Assembly: GCA_036172245.1 (NCBI GenBank)
Contig: JAYWIR010000019.1
Span: 1,054,001-1,118,000, forward strand
Length of the DNA: 64,000 nucleotides
Source of the DNA: Raillietiella orientalis
Lineage: Eukaryota
Direction of reading: 5' to 3'
Every line of letters begins with the position of its first letter. Position 1 is the stretch's first letter. Shown here in pieces: positions 24,051 through 38,342 of this stretch. Position numbers and translations under genes: made by a program. The notes beneath the pieces are model-generated. The model ran no database searches. It was given only the letters and a program-made list of their open reading frames with translations, and was not told where the DNA came from.

Positions 24051-26455
24051 TTCCCGAACGCCTCCATTCTTTGACTGCATGTTTCGTTTTTTTCTTTTTG
24101 TTCCCCTCGCCTTCCCCTGTGCTGCTGCCGAGGCAAACCCTGCGGGCCAGATCCGGGCAGGTTCTTCCTCGTGGTTATAAGTAAAGTGGCAGGATCACAC
24201 GCCCTGCCACGGACGTGGATGTTTATTTTGTATATATAAATGCCCTGGCGAGACCGGGTGTCAACCGGTGCCGCACCCGAGTGTAAGAGACCAACCAGCG
24301 TCGTTTCGCCGGGGGGGAACTCGAAAGCGATGAGGCACCCCTCATTTCTCTGGCTTCGATTCCTCCCCGTGTGGGATTCGCACCCACGACGCTTGGTACC
24401 GCGTGCGCTGACCGTGGCCACGCAGGCCCCATTGCGCGGTCAGTGATCGGCGTCCTCTTCCGAAAGGCACGAGAGCCACACACCACGAAGGAGAAACACG
24501 TACCACACGAAGGACGGTTTCAAATGAATTGCAACCGCATCGGAGTGATCGTAGCCAGGACCACACAAATCACGTCCTGGTATGAAGGGGTGGAAAGTAA
24601 ACCAGGGTCGAACCCCGCCTGCAAGAACGCGATCGAAGGAAGCCCTGAGCGACAGGAGAATAACGTGGCAGCATAAACAGTTAGAAGCCAGGAAAGCGAT
24701 ACAACCAGCAAAGCCGCAAGAGTGCGAGAAGCGCACCGATACGGCAACAGCAAAATGGACCATGAGTCCGACAGGACCTCGCAGCTGAGAGATGCAGCCG
24801 CGACACTGGCGCAGGGGAGAATGAGCCCAAAGTTCCCTCGTCCATCAGTTGAGCCATTTTGCTGACCACTTCAACGCGGGACGCTTTCCCACTTCTTTTT
24901 CAGTCATGACAGAAGATGAGCTAAGCTTAACAGCACCACCAATTGTATTTTATTTTATTTTTTTTCTCGTGAGCTTCGAAAAAGGGGGCCGGATGACAAC
25001 TGCTCCAGTGGGTTCACGTCGAGTGCAAACGGACTAAGTTCCGTCCGCACACAATCGGTTCGTGTCCAAGCACAGCAGGCAGCTGCTATTTTTTTTGTGG
25101 CTTGGAGATGGGTCCAGCGCCTGGAAACGACGAATCTGCCAGTCGAACCTGCAGGAGTAGCCCGCCTTCCGTTTTTAGTGAACTTCGACGACAGTCTGGG
25201 GGGCATCCGAGCACAGAGACAGCTCTTGAAAAAACCATGCTAGGTAAACACGATTACAGGCCAGCTTCCCATTTCAGTGTATGTATTTTTTTATTTTTTC
25301 GAAGAGGGCGAAAAAGTTCGGAAAGAAGGATGGCTAAAGTGACGACGGCGAGACGAGTCCAACAGCTCGGGAACGTGGTGCAGTGCAACGCAGCATGCCG
25401 GTGCAGCACTCGCATCACGCCTTCTTGCCAGGACTTGGGTGTGTCTTCCATTCGATCCTGCCATCACAGTTTTGGGGATGCTGCGCCAGGGAGCTCGTCC
25501 CGAAAAACGCTTTCCCGTTTTCAACTTGAAAGGAAGAAGAAGGAAGGCAGCTGAAACAACGACGTTCGCGAACAGACCTATGCATGAGAAGGAACAGGCA
25601 ACACTCCGGATCCTCGAGGGTGGGTCGTGCTGGCAGCGAGCGCGTGTGCTGACATGACCTTCGTGACAAAGAAAAAAACACACACAGTTCGTGTCCACAG
25701 TGTGTCGCCTCCGATGTCGAAACAGTAAACACGAGCGTGCAGGCTGAAAAATGAAAATCCTCCGTTCTCGCGCGTGCTCCGGAAAAACGAAGGGCATCCT
25801 CAGATCACGGGCATCACCAAGGGTAGTGATGCAGCAGCAGTCGTTGAAACTTGCAAGGAAAGCAAAAACTGGCCGCAAGACTCGGAGCGAAGGGAGAGGA
25901 CGGAAACGGTGTGGGGGTGGGGTGAACACAAACGAAACCCCTTTCCGTGACAGAAATGCTAAGCGCCTCGCGTCTGCGAGGTGCGAGTGGTCACACACCA
26001 GCTGTGCGCCTGCAGGAAAGTTCGCGATCGAGACTGCCGAACGGAAAGAACGGAAGGAAAGAATCCCGGACGCTTGCCGGTCAGCCAGCTTCCAAGTTCC
26101 GCGTGCTCGCTGCACCTGCGGCGGTCCTGGATGACCCCCCCTGCGCCCCGAGCACAAAGGCACGCCCTCCTCTCTCTCCCTCCCCCGCACGCTCGCGCGC
26201 ACACGCACTCTCGCATCCACGGTTCCGCGTGTCGGTGGCACGCTTCGCCCGCCGAGCACGGGGTGCTTGTGAAACTTGGATCGAGACAGATCACCAGAAG
26301 GGGGGTGCCTCGACATGTTCCGGGATTTCTGCAAATGTGTTTCCCGTGTCTTTTGAGTGCGTGAACCACGTCATGTGTGCTGCGGCGACACGACTGGTGG
26401 AGCGCTGCAGCGCCACTTTTATGAAACGAGGTGTGCCACACAGTTGCGACTGATA

Positions 26456-26510
26456 AATAAAGATTCCGATTTCTTTTTTTCTTTGCTTTGCTTTTTTTTT
26501 TTTTTTAAAT
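26456..26510 (+). terminator. Plus-strand poly(A) signal with downstream U-rich element
   Basis: AATAAA at 26456-26461 followed by a long T-rich tract, exactly at the GC-to-AT boundary; suggests the 3' end of a plus-strand transcript from the GC-rich block. Confidence 0.4.
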
Positions 26511-26913
26511 GCAATTCTTAAATTCAAAAATAACTTAAATGAAAAATTTCAATTTAAAATGTGTATTTAAAAAATCTTGATACATATTGTCAATACGTAA
26601 TACAATATTTAATTATTGTGTACAAAATATTCATTACATACATTTACAGTTTTAAAGTATATCACATCACATTTACGAAAGTTTTGTACCACATTTCTTA
26701 AATATCATAACAAATCGTTGATATAGGTTATTGTGCACTGGTATCTTTATTTATTAAATAAGGAAAACGTTCCACAGGAAAATAGAGATTTCACAAAAAA
26801 TTGAGGAATATAGCATGGATACGATACTATATCAAACGTTATGAATACAATAGGATAACGATCAAATATATAAATAAATACATTACAAACATTTCTTAAA
26901 ATCTATATTGTCA

Positions 26914-29900
26914 TCATCTAATTTTATGCCTACTAGAAGATGAATGCTTTCTGGAAACAGTTTTTTTATTAAGTCTGGCACAGTTTTCAGATAGAGACGT
27001 CTCCATTACATAACCTACGGTGCTCCGGGAGAGTTTTAAACGGATAGGCATGATCTTCTGGTCCACTGGCTGGCTCTTGGCCAGGCTAACTTTCAACTTT
27101 ACAGTCCGGTTCTCGTCTAACGGGTTAATGGCGAATCTGTTCACGTTCTTGCAAAAAGACTTTGCATCGTTCAACGGCAACTTGGATGCAATGGGCTTTG
27201 GCGCGTCGCGGTCACCCTGGTCGTGCTTCTTCCCGAACCGAATGATCAGCCTGGACGCCGACGGCTGCTCCGAGTTTAGGATTTGGAACTCGTGTCTGTT
27301 ATCACTTGGGAACTCGGAGCACACCCCGTTTTCACCGACCGAATACTTTTCTTCCGCGGAGCTTTTTTTCTTGCACGAGATGGAGTGGCGCGAATCCTTT
27401 TTTAATCTTTTCGATCGAGAGCGGAGGTGGACAGAATTCTTCGACGTTTCGAATCTGGACATGATCATGTCCCTGTATTTGAGACTATCTTCTTTGAGTT
27501 TTTCCAATGAGGGTTTCACAGCTACACATTCAGGATAATCGGGAATTCTCTTTTTGGGAGGCTTACCTTTCGTAGAAACGGTTTTGTTCATATCTATCGC
27601 ATTTATAATAGAGGGCACGACATTGTTGTTCTCTACCGAAATAGATCCTTGCACGCTAAACGCGTCTTCCTGCTTACTGGCGTCGTTCATGATTTTATAG
27701 GACAGGTTTTTGTGGCAATTTTTCACTTTCGACAGGTTGATCCTCAATTTGGGAGGGGGGAGGACCCCCTTCTCTCCGTTCTGCTTGATCGTGGGGACCG
27801 ACGGATCAGTCTGCAGCGTTATGGTGTGCTCATATATGGAGTCCGAGTGGATGCAGTTCTTTGAAGAGACGAGCTTTTTCGCTTGCTCGCTGTTTTTCTC
27901 CTTTAGGAGCTTTTCGCAGGAGTTTTGCATCTTCGAAGGCCCACGCTTCTTGGATTTGATTCTGTTTATGTAGCAGCTGTTGAAGGCTTGATAATCCTCC
28001 CGCGTGGGGATGATGGTCATTGAAGCAACCGCTTTGGGCATGGTGATGACGGTTCTGGGAATCATGTTTGGCAGAGTGTGGTTGGAATTCGAAAACGGCT
28101 GCACGTTGTCAGGGTTATCCTGATTCTGGTATTCCCTTATTAGTTCCTTCTTGCGCATCCTCCTCAAACTGCAGATCGTGCTCACAGTGTTGGACGACGT
28201 GTCTGTTGGCACGTGCACCGCAGAAGTGGAAACCGCGTTCGTGGTGTACTTGGAGTCCAAGAACGGCCCCTTGATCTTCACTTTCAGCTGCATCCGCGAA
28301 TCTTCCAAGGAGCTGCACACGCAATTATCGATGACTTTCGCATCGACTTCGACGGCGTCATTAGTATTCGGGACTGGATTCGAAGGCTCCGAACTCTTGG
28401 AAGATTCGTTATTGCTGGCACCGCTCACTTCATTCAAGTCCACCGCAATGGATGGATGGTCCTCGTTCAACAGCCTTGGGTTCGGATCGTCGTAACTGTT
28501 GATGCTATCTTGTGGAATAATCTGAGCACTTTCCTGAAGCGTGTACTCCTCGGGTTTGTGGGATGAAATAGCACTACTGATGTCCACAATGTCTTTACTA
28601 GGGTCTAAGAAACTTGCATATGGGGACACAGGAGGTAACTGTGACGACGGATGTAAATAAGGACTGCTCATGAGATCGTGCAAGGTGGGGGAAATGGGAA
28701 CGTCGGAATTACTGGACACTATGTACGATGAAAACACAGAACCCGGAATCTTCATCTTCAAAACTTTGGTGTCGAAAGTTTTGTTTTCCAGCAACTCGTT
28801 GTTTGTACAGACATGCCGCATCTGCTTTTCAACGGAATAGCTGTTTGAATCCTGCAGCTCGGGTGTGACCTGTACGACATTATTAATTTCATCCATCAAC
28901 GCGCAGGAGTTTTCTACATCGCAAGTATTGGGCACATATTTATCGTCAAACACATCTGGCAGATCCTCGGTGAATTCATACACCGTCCCGGCAAAGTTGT
29001 AATTGGCTTTTGCGAAACTTTCGGAAGATATGCTCACGTTCTGCTTCCGCTTGCCAAATGAGCTTTTATTCACTATTTTCTTGGGAGTCAGATTTTTGGT
29101 ATAGATGGTCCGTGAGATGTTGATTTTGCTCGAGTTCGTTATTTTCCTCTCTTTTATTTTGAGTTCGGGATCTGCGCACTCCCTTGATACGGGAGGAAGG
29201 AGAATTTGGTTTAACATGGGATGCTGATCAACAGGGCAGGTATGGTTTTCGGTTTTCACATGTGAATCCATTTCATCAGGATTAAACAGCTGAATGTGGT
29301 TTTCAGCAAGAAAGGGCTGAATTTCCAAGTCGTTGCCGGGAGGGATGCAGGATGCCGCCGCAGCATCTGCCTCGCATTTTTTCTGACCGAACGGTGATGA
29401 CACAGGCATAATGTTGACAGTGGCCAACTTATTAGGATCAGTGCAGGGAATATCGCAATAGTCCTCATTGGAAACGATTGCTGCGGAATTCAATTCCATG
29501 GGGGTTGCTTGAATACTGTCGTGTTCTTCGGAATATAAGGGATGTGCTGGGGGTTCAAAAGTTGATATTGGGTGATCCAGCGTAATTGGTGTATGATTAG
29601 TTGAATATAGCTGGAGATTTTCTTTGGAATGAAACTCAGACTCATGATTACGATGCAAACTGATATAGGTATCGGTGGCCGCAGATTCCAAGTTGTTGTG
29701 ATAACTTTTCATGTCTGCATTTAGCAAAGTAGCCGGGAAAGTGTCGATGAAAATGGGCTTCTGTGCAACAGGGTCTGGTACTGGTTTGAGTGGCTTCCAT
29801 TTTTCACAGTATGAACTCGTTTCAGCTGAATTGATTGTCTCTGGGGAAGGTTCGATGGGTCTCCAAATGTTTGCTGGTTCCAAAAATCTTTCATTACTAA

Positions 29901-32900
29901 TGTCTCTTCTCTCATAGGTTTTATCACAATTCGGAACTTCTCCATTGTTTTGCAAACAAGTTAGCGATATATTAGGATAGACACAACCAAGTGCACCTGA
30001 CTCGGTGTTCATTAATTGTGATATTTTCGGGTATGACATTTGGGTATCGAAAATTAATGCTTCAGACGGCGTTTTATAACCAGTTGATTGGGCATTATTG
30101 ACTAATTCAGTACAACTCAAGGACAACTGACTGGATCTTTCCTTGCTGGTATCTGGGGCAATGTTAGGTAATGATGAGTTGGAAAGTGGGATGCTATCCG
30201 TGGAAGTAAAATGAGGCTTGTTTTCAAAGGTCTGCTTTTTGATGCAGGTGCTGATTTCTGACGTCAATTTCAGATTTGTTACTTTGGCATACTGAGATCT
30301 GAGCTTTTCAACTAAATGCAAGGTTTCCCTGGCACTATCCTCGAAACTGTCTTCTTTGATGTAATTTCCTTGAGAAAACTTTCCGACAGAATCATTTGTG
30401 GATCCATCATTCAAGCACGAATAGTCGGCAGAGTAAGATGATACATCATTTTCTTCGTCATGTAACATATTTACTGGATTCTGGATGGGTTCATCGTCCT
30501 TAATTTCATATTTTTCAGAACACTTTTCGGGACTCTGTATGCTCAGGGAAACCTCGGAAACAGCCACTGATTCCAAATCAACATCGATGTATTCTTTGCC
30601 AATGCTGACTTGCTCAACGGATAAGTCATTCCTGTCCAATTCATCATCAGAATTTTTGATTACCGGAATGCTCGACACCGCTTCATCTAACTCAGCTGCA
30701 TTGTAAATATCCATCTGTACTTCTTGAAAAGGTTCTGAATCTTTGGAATCCAATGGCCTTTCATCATATTCTACTAAAGCATGGTGCTCTTGGAGATGCT
30801 CATCGATACTTTCGACAGGAGCAGTAGGCAAATCAAGGGAACATTCGTTTACTTTTACATCGTTCTGTGGCGAGGCAACAGCAGAGCTACTGGCGGTTTG
30901 ACTCATATTCAAAGAGTCGATGTTGCTATCGACTGACAAATGGGTGCTGCCCACATCAGCATCAGCGTTATCGTCATCGAGATTAGCGCTTGGGGTTTTA
31001 TCCATATTGTCTGAGGAATCACTACTATAAAGGGAATCCGATGATTTCGCTTTGTCTTCTGTAGCTGTTTGCCTTTTAGATTTCTTCCCTCTTTTGCCAT
31101 ATTTATCGGAATAAAATATGTCTTCCCTGATCTTTTCTTTCAATTCCTCCACACTTAAATCGTGATTGGAAAGGCTCGACTGAGGTTTGTCATGGCTTAT
31201 GGAAACTTTGCTCATTTTTTGTATGAGAGGCATCTGGCAATCATTTTCCTGTTCTTCAGTCTCAACTTGGGGATGTAAGATGTTTTCTTTACAGTCGTTT
31301 TTGTCAGCTTCTTCGATGGGTTTCGAAGATAATATCCTTGGTTGAAAGTAGTCTTCCTGTTGGAAATCCGGTGAATCTTTGGTTGTTTTGCTGTTTTCAT
31401 GGGTGTCGTTCCTTGAGAATCTAAAGTTGTTACTGTTTTCGTCTGAGACGCTCTTGGTCCTAACAGAATCTCTCGACCACTTAGAATTTCTTGATTGAAT
31501 ACTCGATAACGTCTTGCTCTTTGTACCAACACTGGTTCGTGATTTAGTTCTTGGAGAAATCGGCGAACCCTGCATTGTGTCGATGGTCCGCCCTTCAGAA
31601 GTTTTAAGCTTCTTACTAGGCTGGACTGCCCTGGCTGATGCTTCATCAGTATCGTCAGCCAAAGAAGAATCCTTATGGCATGTTACGGCATTCTGATCTT
31701 GTTTTGAAATGCCTAACAGCCTATCAAAAACGTCGTCTCTGCTTTCATCTCGACTATTTGATTCTTTCGCCGCACTCAGACTTTTTGCGTTAGGTGCACT
31801 TCTGTAATTTTCACTGTCGCCAGAATCTTCACTGAAGGAGAATATTGATTTATTGCTGGATTTCAAGCACAACTTATTCGCGCTATGGGCAATGTGCTCC
31901 TTGTTTTCTATGAAATCATCATCACTACTGTCTGAAGTGTCCCAATTTGCACTCAAGTTTCTTTTCCTGATAATTTTCATATTTGATTTATCCTTTATCT
32001 TTTGCTTTTTTCCTTTGTTTTTAGACTTTCCTAATAATTCATCGATCACATCACGCGATTTTGCAATACCACTTATATTTTCGGTGGCCTTTTTTGCTGC
32101 TTGTCTTTGAGGGACATAGGGAAGAACTTCTTTGATTTCCGTGAACTTCGTCTTCAAATTATCGATCTCCCTTTTACGGATGCTGTTTTTTGATCCGTTG
32201 TTACCTGAAGATCTCACATTTTCCAATTCTTGTTGCTTCAACATTTCATGTTCCACAATTCTGCCATCGCTATTTTCCGAACTATTCAAATTTTTATTTA
32301 TAGAGTCTTTGCAAGTGCCCTTCTTCTTCTTCTTTTCTTTTGTTCTCAGGTAGCAAGAACCTTTCTCGAATTTATCACTCATAATTGCATCGTCAGGATC
32401 CGACTTATTGACAGAAAATATTCTGGAATTCTGAGCTGCGTTAAATGATCGATCTGCTTTCTGATACAATGTAGGGGAGGAGGTCCTATTACACTGTGCT
32501 GATCCATCTTTGGGGGATTTTTTGGTAGCAAAATCCTTAACAGATGCTTTAGTCTTCAACAGCCGGTGAGATGATTTGGAAGGGTCCTTTGAGAACTGAC
32601 TTAAAGGAGAACTCACTTCAGAAAGGTTTGTATCAGAATCTGTGTAAATGTTATTTTTATGTTTATGGGATGAACACACTTTGGATATTTCTGAATCACC
32701 ACCATCACTACTCTCATTATCCCTTTCATTTTTTAGAGAGCAAAGAGTTCCTGTAACTCGGGACATTGTTTCATTTTTTGAAAACGCGGATTGGCTATTA
32801 TCTGAATCACTTGTGCACTCACTACTACGACTTTCATAACACAACCGGCGTCTCTCTGAACTATGCACATATGTTTTCTTATATGGATTATGGTATTCTT

Positions 32901-34236
32901 TATAATTGTTGATTCCATTGACATCAACTTTGGATGAATTTTTTAGCTTACCACTAATGTGGGCCAGAATTGCATTTAAATTCTTGGAGCAATCTTCAGC
33001 TTTATCATGGGAATATAACCTATCATATAAGGGAGCCACATGATTTGCTTGATTGATGGCATGTAGCTCAGGAGAAGTTAACTCAGTATTTCTGTTTGAA
33101 TTTATGTGAGATTGTTTTGAGAAAATCTGTTCACGCAACTTGAACAGTGACCTTGTAATTTTTTCTCGCCTTGTCACCATATAACACAAATTTCGCACCT
33201 TTAATAATATATAAAGCATTACTAATTTCTCCCAATCGCAAATCAGTTCTTACCCGTTCTAAATCCTGTCTCAAATGAACAAACATTTTCATCTTTTCCA
33301 AATCCTGTTCTTGTTTATGGTTAAAGGAATCGAGTTCAACACGAGGAGGAAGAAAAGGCTTATTGAAGGTTGCCTATGTATACAGAATAAGTCGAGGTAT
33401 ACAGAATAATTCTAGGATGAGTGAAACATACAATTCTCCTAAGCTTCCAATAATTATAGATGTATTCCACAATCTCCACATTTACTTCCAAACTGTTTGC
33501 TATTTGTTTGAAATTCAAATGCAAAAAAAATTCAGATTCAATTCTCTGCAGCCTGCAAAGCAACATGAACGATATTAATTTTTTTTTATTACAAACTGAT
33601 CCTGAATTCTATATTTTGTATTTTTAATATCGTCAATATGCATCAAATATGAAGCACGAATAAAAAAACTCATATGATTACAACCTTTCCATTTGTGTAT
33701 ATTCTCTCTGCTCATTGATATCCTTTTTTCTTTTAAATACATTTCCTTTGTTTGTCATATCACAGTTAGGGTTGTTCTTATCTGATTTCTTGCAACTATG
33801 CTTTAAACAGTAACTCTGCAAAATAAAGCAATTTCATTTAGCAATGAAATCTAAATGATACAAAATGCAACAGCAACCAGTTATTGGTGTTTATGGCTCT
33901 TTCATTTCAGTGTTCATAATTTGAAGGGAGAAAGATAAGAAAAAGAAAAGCTAAAGCAAAAATGGTTAACGAAAACAAAATTGTGAATGTGAAAACAAAT
34001 ACATGGGGTGAGCAGTTGTATACTTAAATAGATGAATTTGAACAAAACATGAATAGAGAAAGGAAATTACGAATAAATAAATAATCTTTCACGCACATCT
34101 CTGATTTGTGATATACTATCGGAATTTACCACGAAACTACCGGATTATTATTCTCACATGAACCAGAAAAATGCAAATGTAAAATACAAATTTTTTGCAA
34201 GTTTATCCTAGATTTACCCCAAATTTGTATTTAGGT

Positions 34237-34267
<31 letters not shown>

Positions 34268-37200
34268 CTGATTTTATCAAGAATTCCTGCATAAGAGTGC
34301 CTTTTAAATAAATTGTCAAATTTTCTAATGATAAATATGGTTTTAAAATTGATTATTGTATAAATCTTGATCTGAAAAATGAATGTCTTAAGATACTAAC
34401 CTAGTGTTTTGTTTGTGACTCATAACAAACTCGAAAATAACTAATCCTTCCTTTACTACAAGCTTTCACATTTCATGCAGATAAGTTCATAAAGGCCTTC
34501 CAAGTTAAGATGTTTATGGGCAACTTAACCTGGAAGCTACAAGCTTAACAACAATTTCCAACTGAAGTACAATGCCTTTCTGAATACTAATTATTCTTAA
34601 GAAATCATAATCAAAAGATCCACTAATTCAAAATTTGAAAAATAATCTTTGAAAAATTAAACAACTTTCATGAAATATATTTACATGTATTTACAATTTT
34701 TGATAACAACGTGGTGATTAAAATGAACTTTTGTTGTCTTCAGCTCCTCGCACATAGTAGACAGAGTTATTAATAACGTAACAATATGAATACAGAAAAA
34801 GCTATAAAAGCAAACTGAATAATAGCTGAATCCAATAAAAAATTGTCACCTTGATTAAACATTTATATAATTGATACATTCAACTGCGTTGCAATTTAAA
34901 ATACAATAAAAGAAATTGAATAATCATAAGAATTTCACAGAACAAAAAAAACTGAATAATCAGCTGAAAGCAAGCAAGCATAACACATTAAATTACGAAG
35001 TTCTAACTATGAAGAACTACTTACTAACACAATTTGTATCTGATGTCTTGGACAATGTTTAAAAGAGAACAAGGCATTCTTTGGTTTTTAATCATCATTT
35101 GGTACATAATAGTGTTAAATTTTCAAGCACTCTAGGTAAACAATATTGATACAAGAGCTGCCGATTATTGTAATATAAATTATATTCCAACTTGGTTTGC
35201 TCAAAAAAATGTAATATTTGATAGCATTGTTTTTCTTTAAACACAAACAATGTGGCAAGAATCAGATACACTCCAAAACACTATACAAAAGCAATAATTT
35301 GCACATTTTTAAAGCTTTGCATGTGTAATTTTACACCATTCATTGATTTCACGTGCTCTCAATTAGATAGAAATCGAAAATTATCGAAAAATTACAACTG
35401 ACAACTAGGCCAACAGCAACTCAAATTCTTTTGGTTTAGATGATTTTCAAACCTTTCATGAAAGACTTTATCCACTTGTTATGCATCATGCAGAAAACTT
35501 TAAGAGATTAAAGAACTGGGAAAAATAAACTTACATAGGTTCGAGAAACGTAATAAACATTCTCAGTATTTATTTTGACATTGCCAGCATTGTATTTTAC
35601 AAGAATGCTCATTCGAGTGCATAATTAAAACATCAAATACAACAAGTACACAATGACTATAACTAGACAAGAAAATCTTTGAAGTGCATTTAAATGAATG
35701 CCACATGTGAAATTTCAAAGGTGCTTCCAAAGATAACAAAAATGGGAAGACCATGTAATTATCTTCCCATTTTTATTTCAATTACAAAATTGCTATGTAT
35801 TACATATTGTATGAGTATTGTATATTATCAAGCAATTTAAGACTTGTGATCTCTACAGGGTTCTGAAAGAGATGTGTGCATGGTGCTACATAAGGCTACA
35901 GAAAACACACTGATAAGCCATCAAATTATAAACATTCACTATGAGAAAACTACTACTAATGCTACACAAACCAGAAGAAAACATTAAACATGATGTAATC
36001 ACAATTTAACATTTATATAAAGATAAGAGCTTGGCATTTTTGAAATATGCGCATACCAAATGTGTTCATAGCTACAAATGCATCATTTGCATCAACCATG
36101 ATGTACAAAGTATACTAACATCCATTACTACCGCAAATCATATGAGGTCTTTATTGGAGTAAAATAAAAAACAAGAAAATGAAAGCGTTAAAACACATAA
36201 TTTCAACATAAAAAGGAATTCAAGATATTCTTTTTTTTGAGAAATTTTCGATTCTTAGTTATCCTATTTCCTTACATTTACATTCTACTTTGAATATCAT
36301 GTTCTGTCTTTGTGGACTGCAGAATGTCTCCAATAAAATGGCTTAAAAGAATATTTACCTGTAATAATCATCAACATTTAGAGAGAGCAATAGATCAAAA
36401 ATTTTTATAATGTAATATATAATTACAGATAGCCAGATAGCAAACAATAAACTGACTTCTGTGTGGAACAAAACTCCTGAAAACAAATCTAAATCAAATA
36501 GCATTTCCACTTTCAAATATACCGTAGTCATCCACTTTTCTAGAGCAACAAACAAAAAATAATCAATAACCACAAAAACTACAATAAACAATTATAATAT
36601 TTGCCTGGAACAAATCAACAACAACAAGCATAAAGCCAACCACTGAAGAGAACTGACCTTAAGCTTTATTCCATCTTCGGAATTTTCATCCTCTATCACA
36701 GGTTTCATTTCCAAATTATATTTAAAAGCACACGTAACATGATAAGCAACTTTACATGTCTTTACAGAACACTGTATACATGCTCCCGTTCTCTGTCTAC
36801 ACAGAACACACACTAACGCCCAACGACTAGCCTAAAAATGAACATGGAATAACTTCCTGAGGAAATCTTAAACAAACTTACAGGAATATTTGAGATCTTT
36901 GTGATAGGCTCCATTTTTTCAACAGAGCCAATACTAACTTCTGGAATCCAGAGAGCACAACTGACATGTGCCCATTTTTGTCCAGAACGTGTTGATTTCA
37001 TAGCTCCCGATTTATTTGGACACAGAATACAGGACTGTTTAATTCCAAGTGCACATGTGCAGCATAACCATGAGCCCCTGGGAATTGTTGTGATGCCATA
37101 GCAAAATTGATGTACACAAATATTGCATGAGTCACAGAACACCATCTCATTCCCTTCTTCAGAATCTGGCTAATAAACAAAGAATACAATCAATAAGCAA

Positions 37201-38342
37201 AATTACCAGGAACTTTTATTATCAGTAACTTTAAGAGATGCCAGGTACTTACAGATCTACACACATCACATACAACATTTTCATCATATTCAATTCCAAG
37301 TGCACCTTCACTGTTCAGTGTTTTCTGTATTTGTTCCCATGACATTGTCTCTAATTCTTCAATCACATATTCCATTACTGATTCACTAACAGATGGCAAC
37401 CCTATTAAATATAACAATAACTTTCTGAATACTGAAATTAAGTTAACAAAGTTACCCATTCTGGCACGTTCACCATTCAGTATTCGCAACCATTGCATAT
37501 CAGTTTCATCTAAATCATATCTGCAAACCCTTTCTGCACGCCCAGGTGTGGTTGATAATTGATGCTTTTCACTTGAAAAATAGTCATCGTGGTTAATTCG
37601 AATGTACTTATGCTTAGGTCTAAAATTAAAAATAAATTTGGCTTCTCCTGATTGGTAGGCATACAATCTAAAATTATGCTCTTTTTGAAGATGGCTTCGT
37701 TTTACAACTTCAACAACAGAATGTGGCAAATTGTCAGGATCAACAGGAACCTGAACACCCCTTTCCCATTCTTGCTTCCAGTGATCTCCAATAGTCCAAT
37801 ATTCATCAGGAGCAAGAGGTTCATTATCCGGAAGTTTCATTGCACTTATCAAGTCTTTTCTAAAAAGCTATTTTAACTTAGTAAATAGATCTCATAAGTA
37901 AATTTAAGTACCTCTGCAGGAACTTCAGCAGCATTTCTGTTATAAATGCTTGTGGCCTTTAAATCATTTAAATGCCTAGGAGTCCAAAAAGTTCCAGAAC
38001 AATTCTTTTCAGAATCTCTCTCACTATTTGGATTGAACTCATCTTCCGAGTCACTATAGTAGCGCTTCTTTTTCTTAGCAGCTGATGATAGAAACACTTG
38101 TGAAGGAAACTAATTCTTGACAGTTATTAATTCTTAGTTAAATGAATAATGATATTTTCTCAAGAAAAGTTACAGAACTTTAGTTCTAAGCAGTACATAC
38201 ATTACATCCAGCCGATATCCAAACATAACAAAAGATATGAAGTAAACTTATTTCGAACACAAAAGTTACGAATGTGACTGCAAAACTTACTTGCATTGAA
38301 GTCTTCACATTTTTGTCCTCTTTTCGGCTTCATTGATGACAT
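26914..38342 (-). CDS. rno: Jade-family PHD finger protein (rhinoceros/JADE/PHF17-like) with EPC-N, PZP (PHD-Zn knuckle-PHD) and very long low-complexity C-terminus; 11 coding exons
   Basis: Exons 38342-38291, 38096-37912, 37867-37665, 37619-37456, 37401-37253, 37169-36882, 36831-36658, 33815-33685, 33552-33432, 33373-33254, 33198-26914. Motifs: [137 protein letters not shown]. An acceptor just upstream of the ATG implies a non-coding first exon. Confidence 0.94.
34243..34267. repeat. (TG)n microsatellite in rno intron
   Basis: Directly visible tgtgtg run of about 12 units. Confidence 0.85.

Noticed and set aside
24700..26450. ORFs of 347, 168 and 160 aa
   Set aside because: No recognisable domain, overlapping on both strands, simple-repeat content; more likely 3' UTR or non-coding sequence ending at the AATAAA at 26456.
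27020..32839. Plus-strand ORFs inside the rno terminal exon
   Set aside because: Antisense shadows of a long coding exon.
34955..35100. Possible C/D-box snoRNA in an rno intron
   Set aside because: Only a C-box-like ATGATGA with a distant CTGA; no terminal stem or recognisable rRNA guide.
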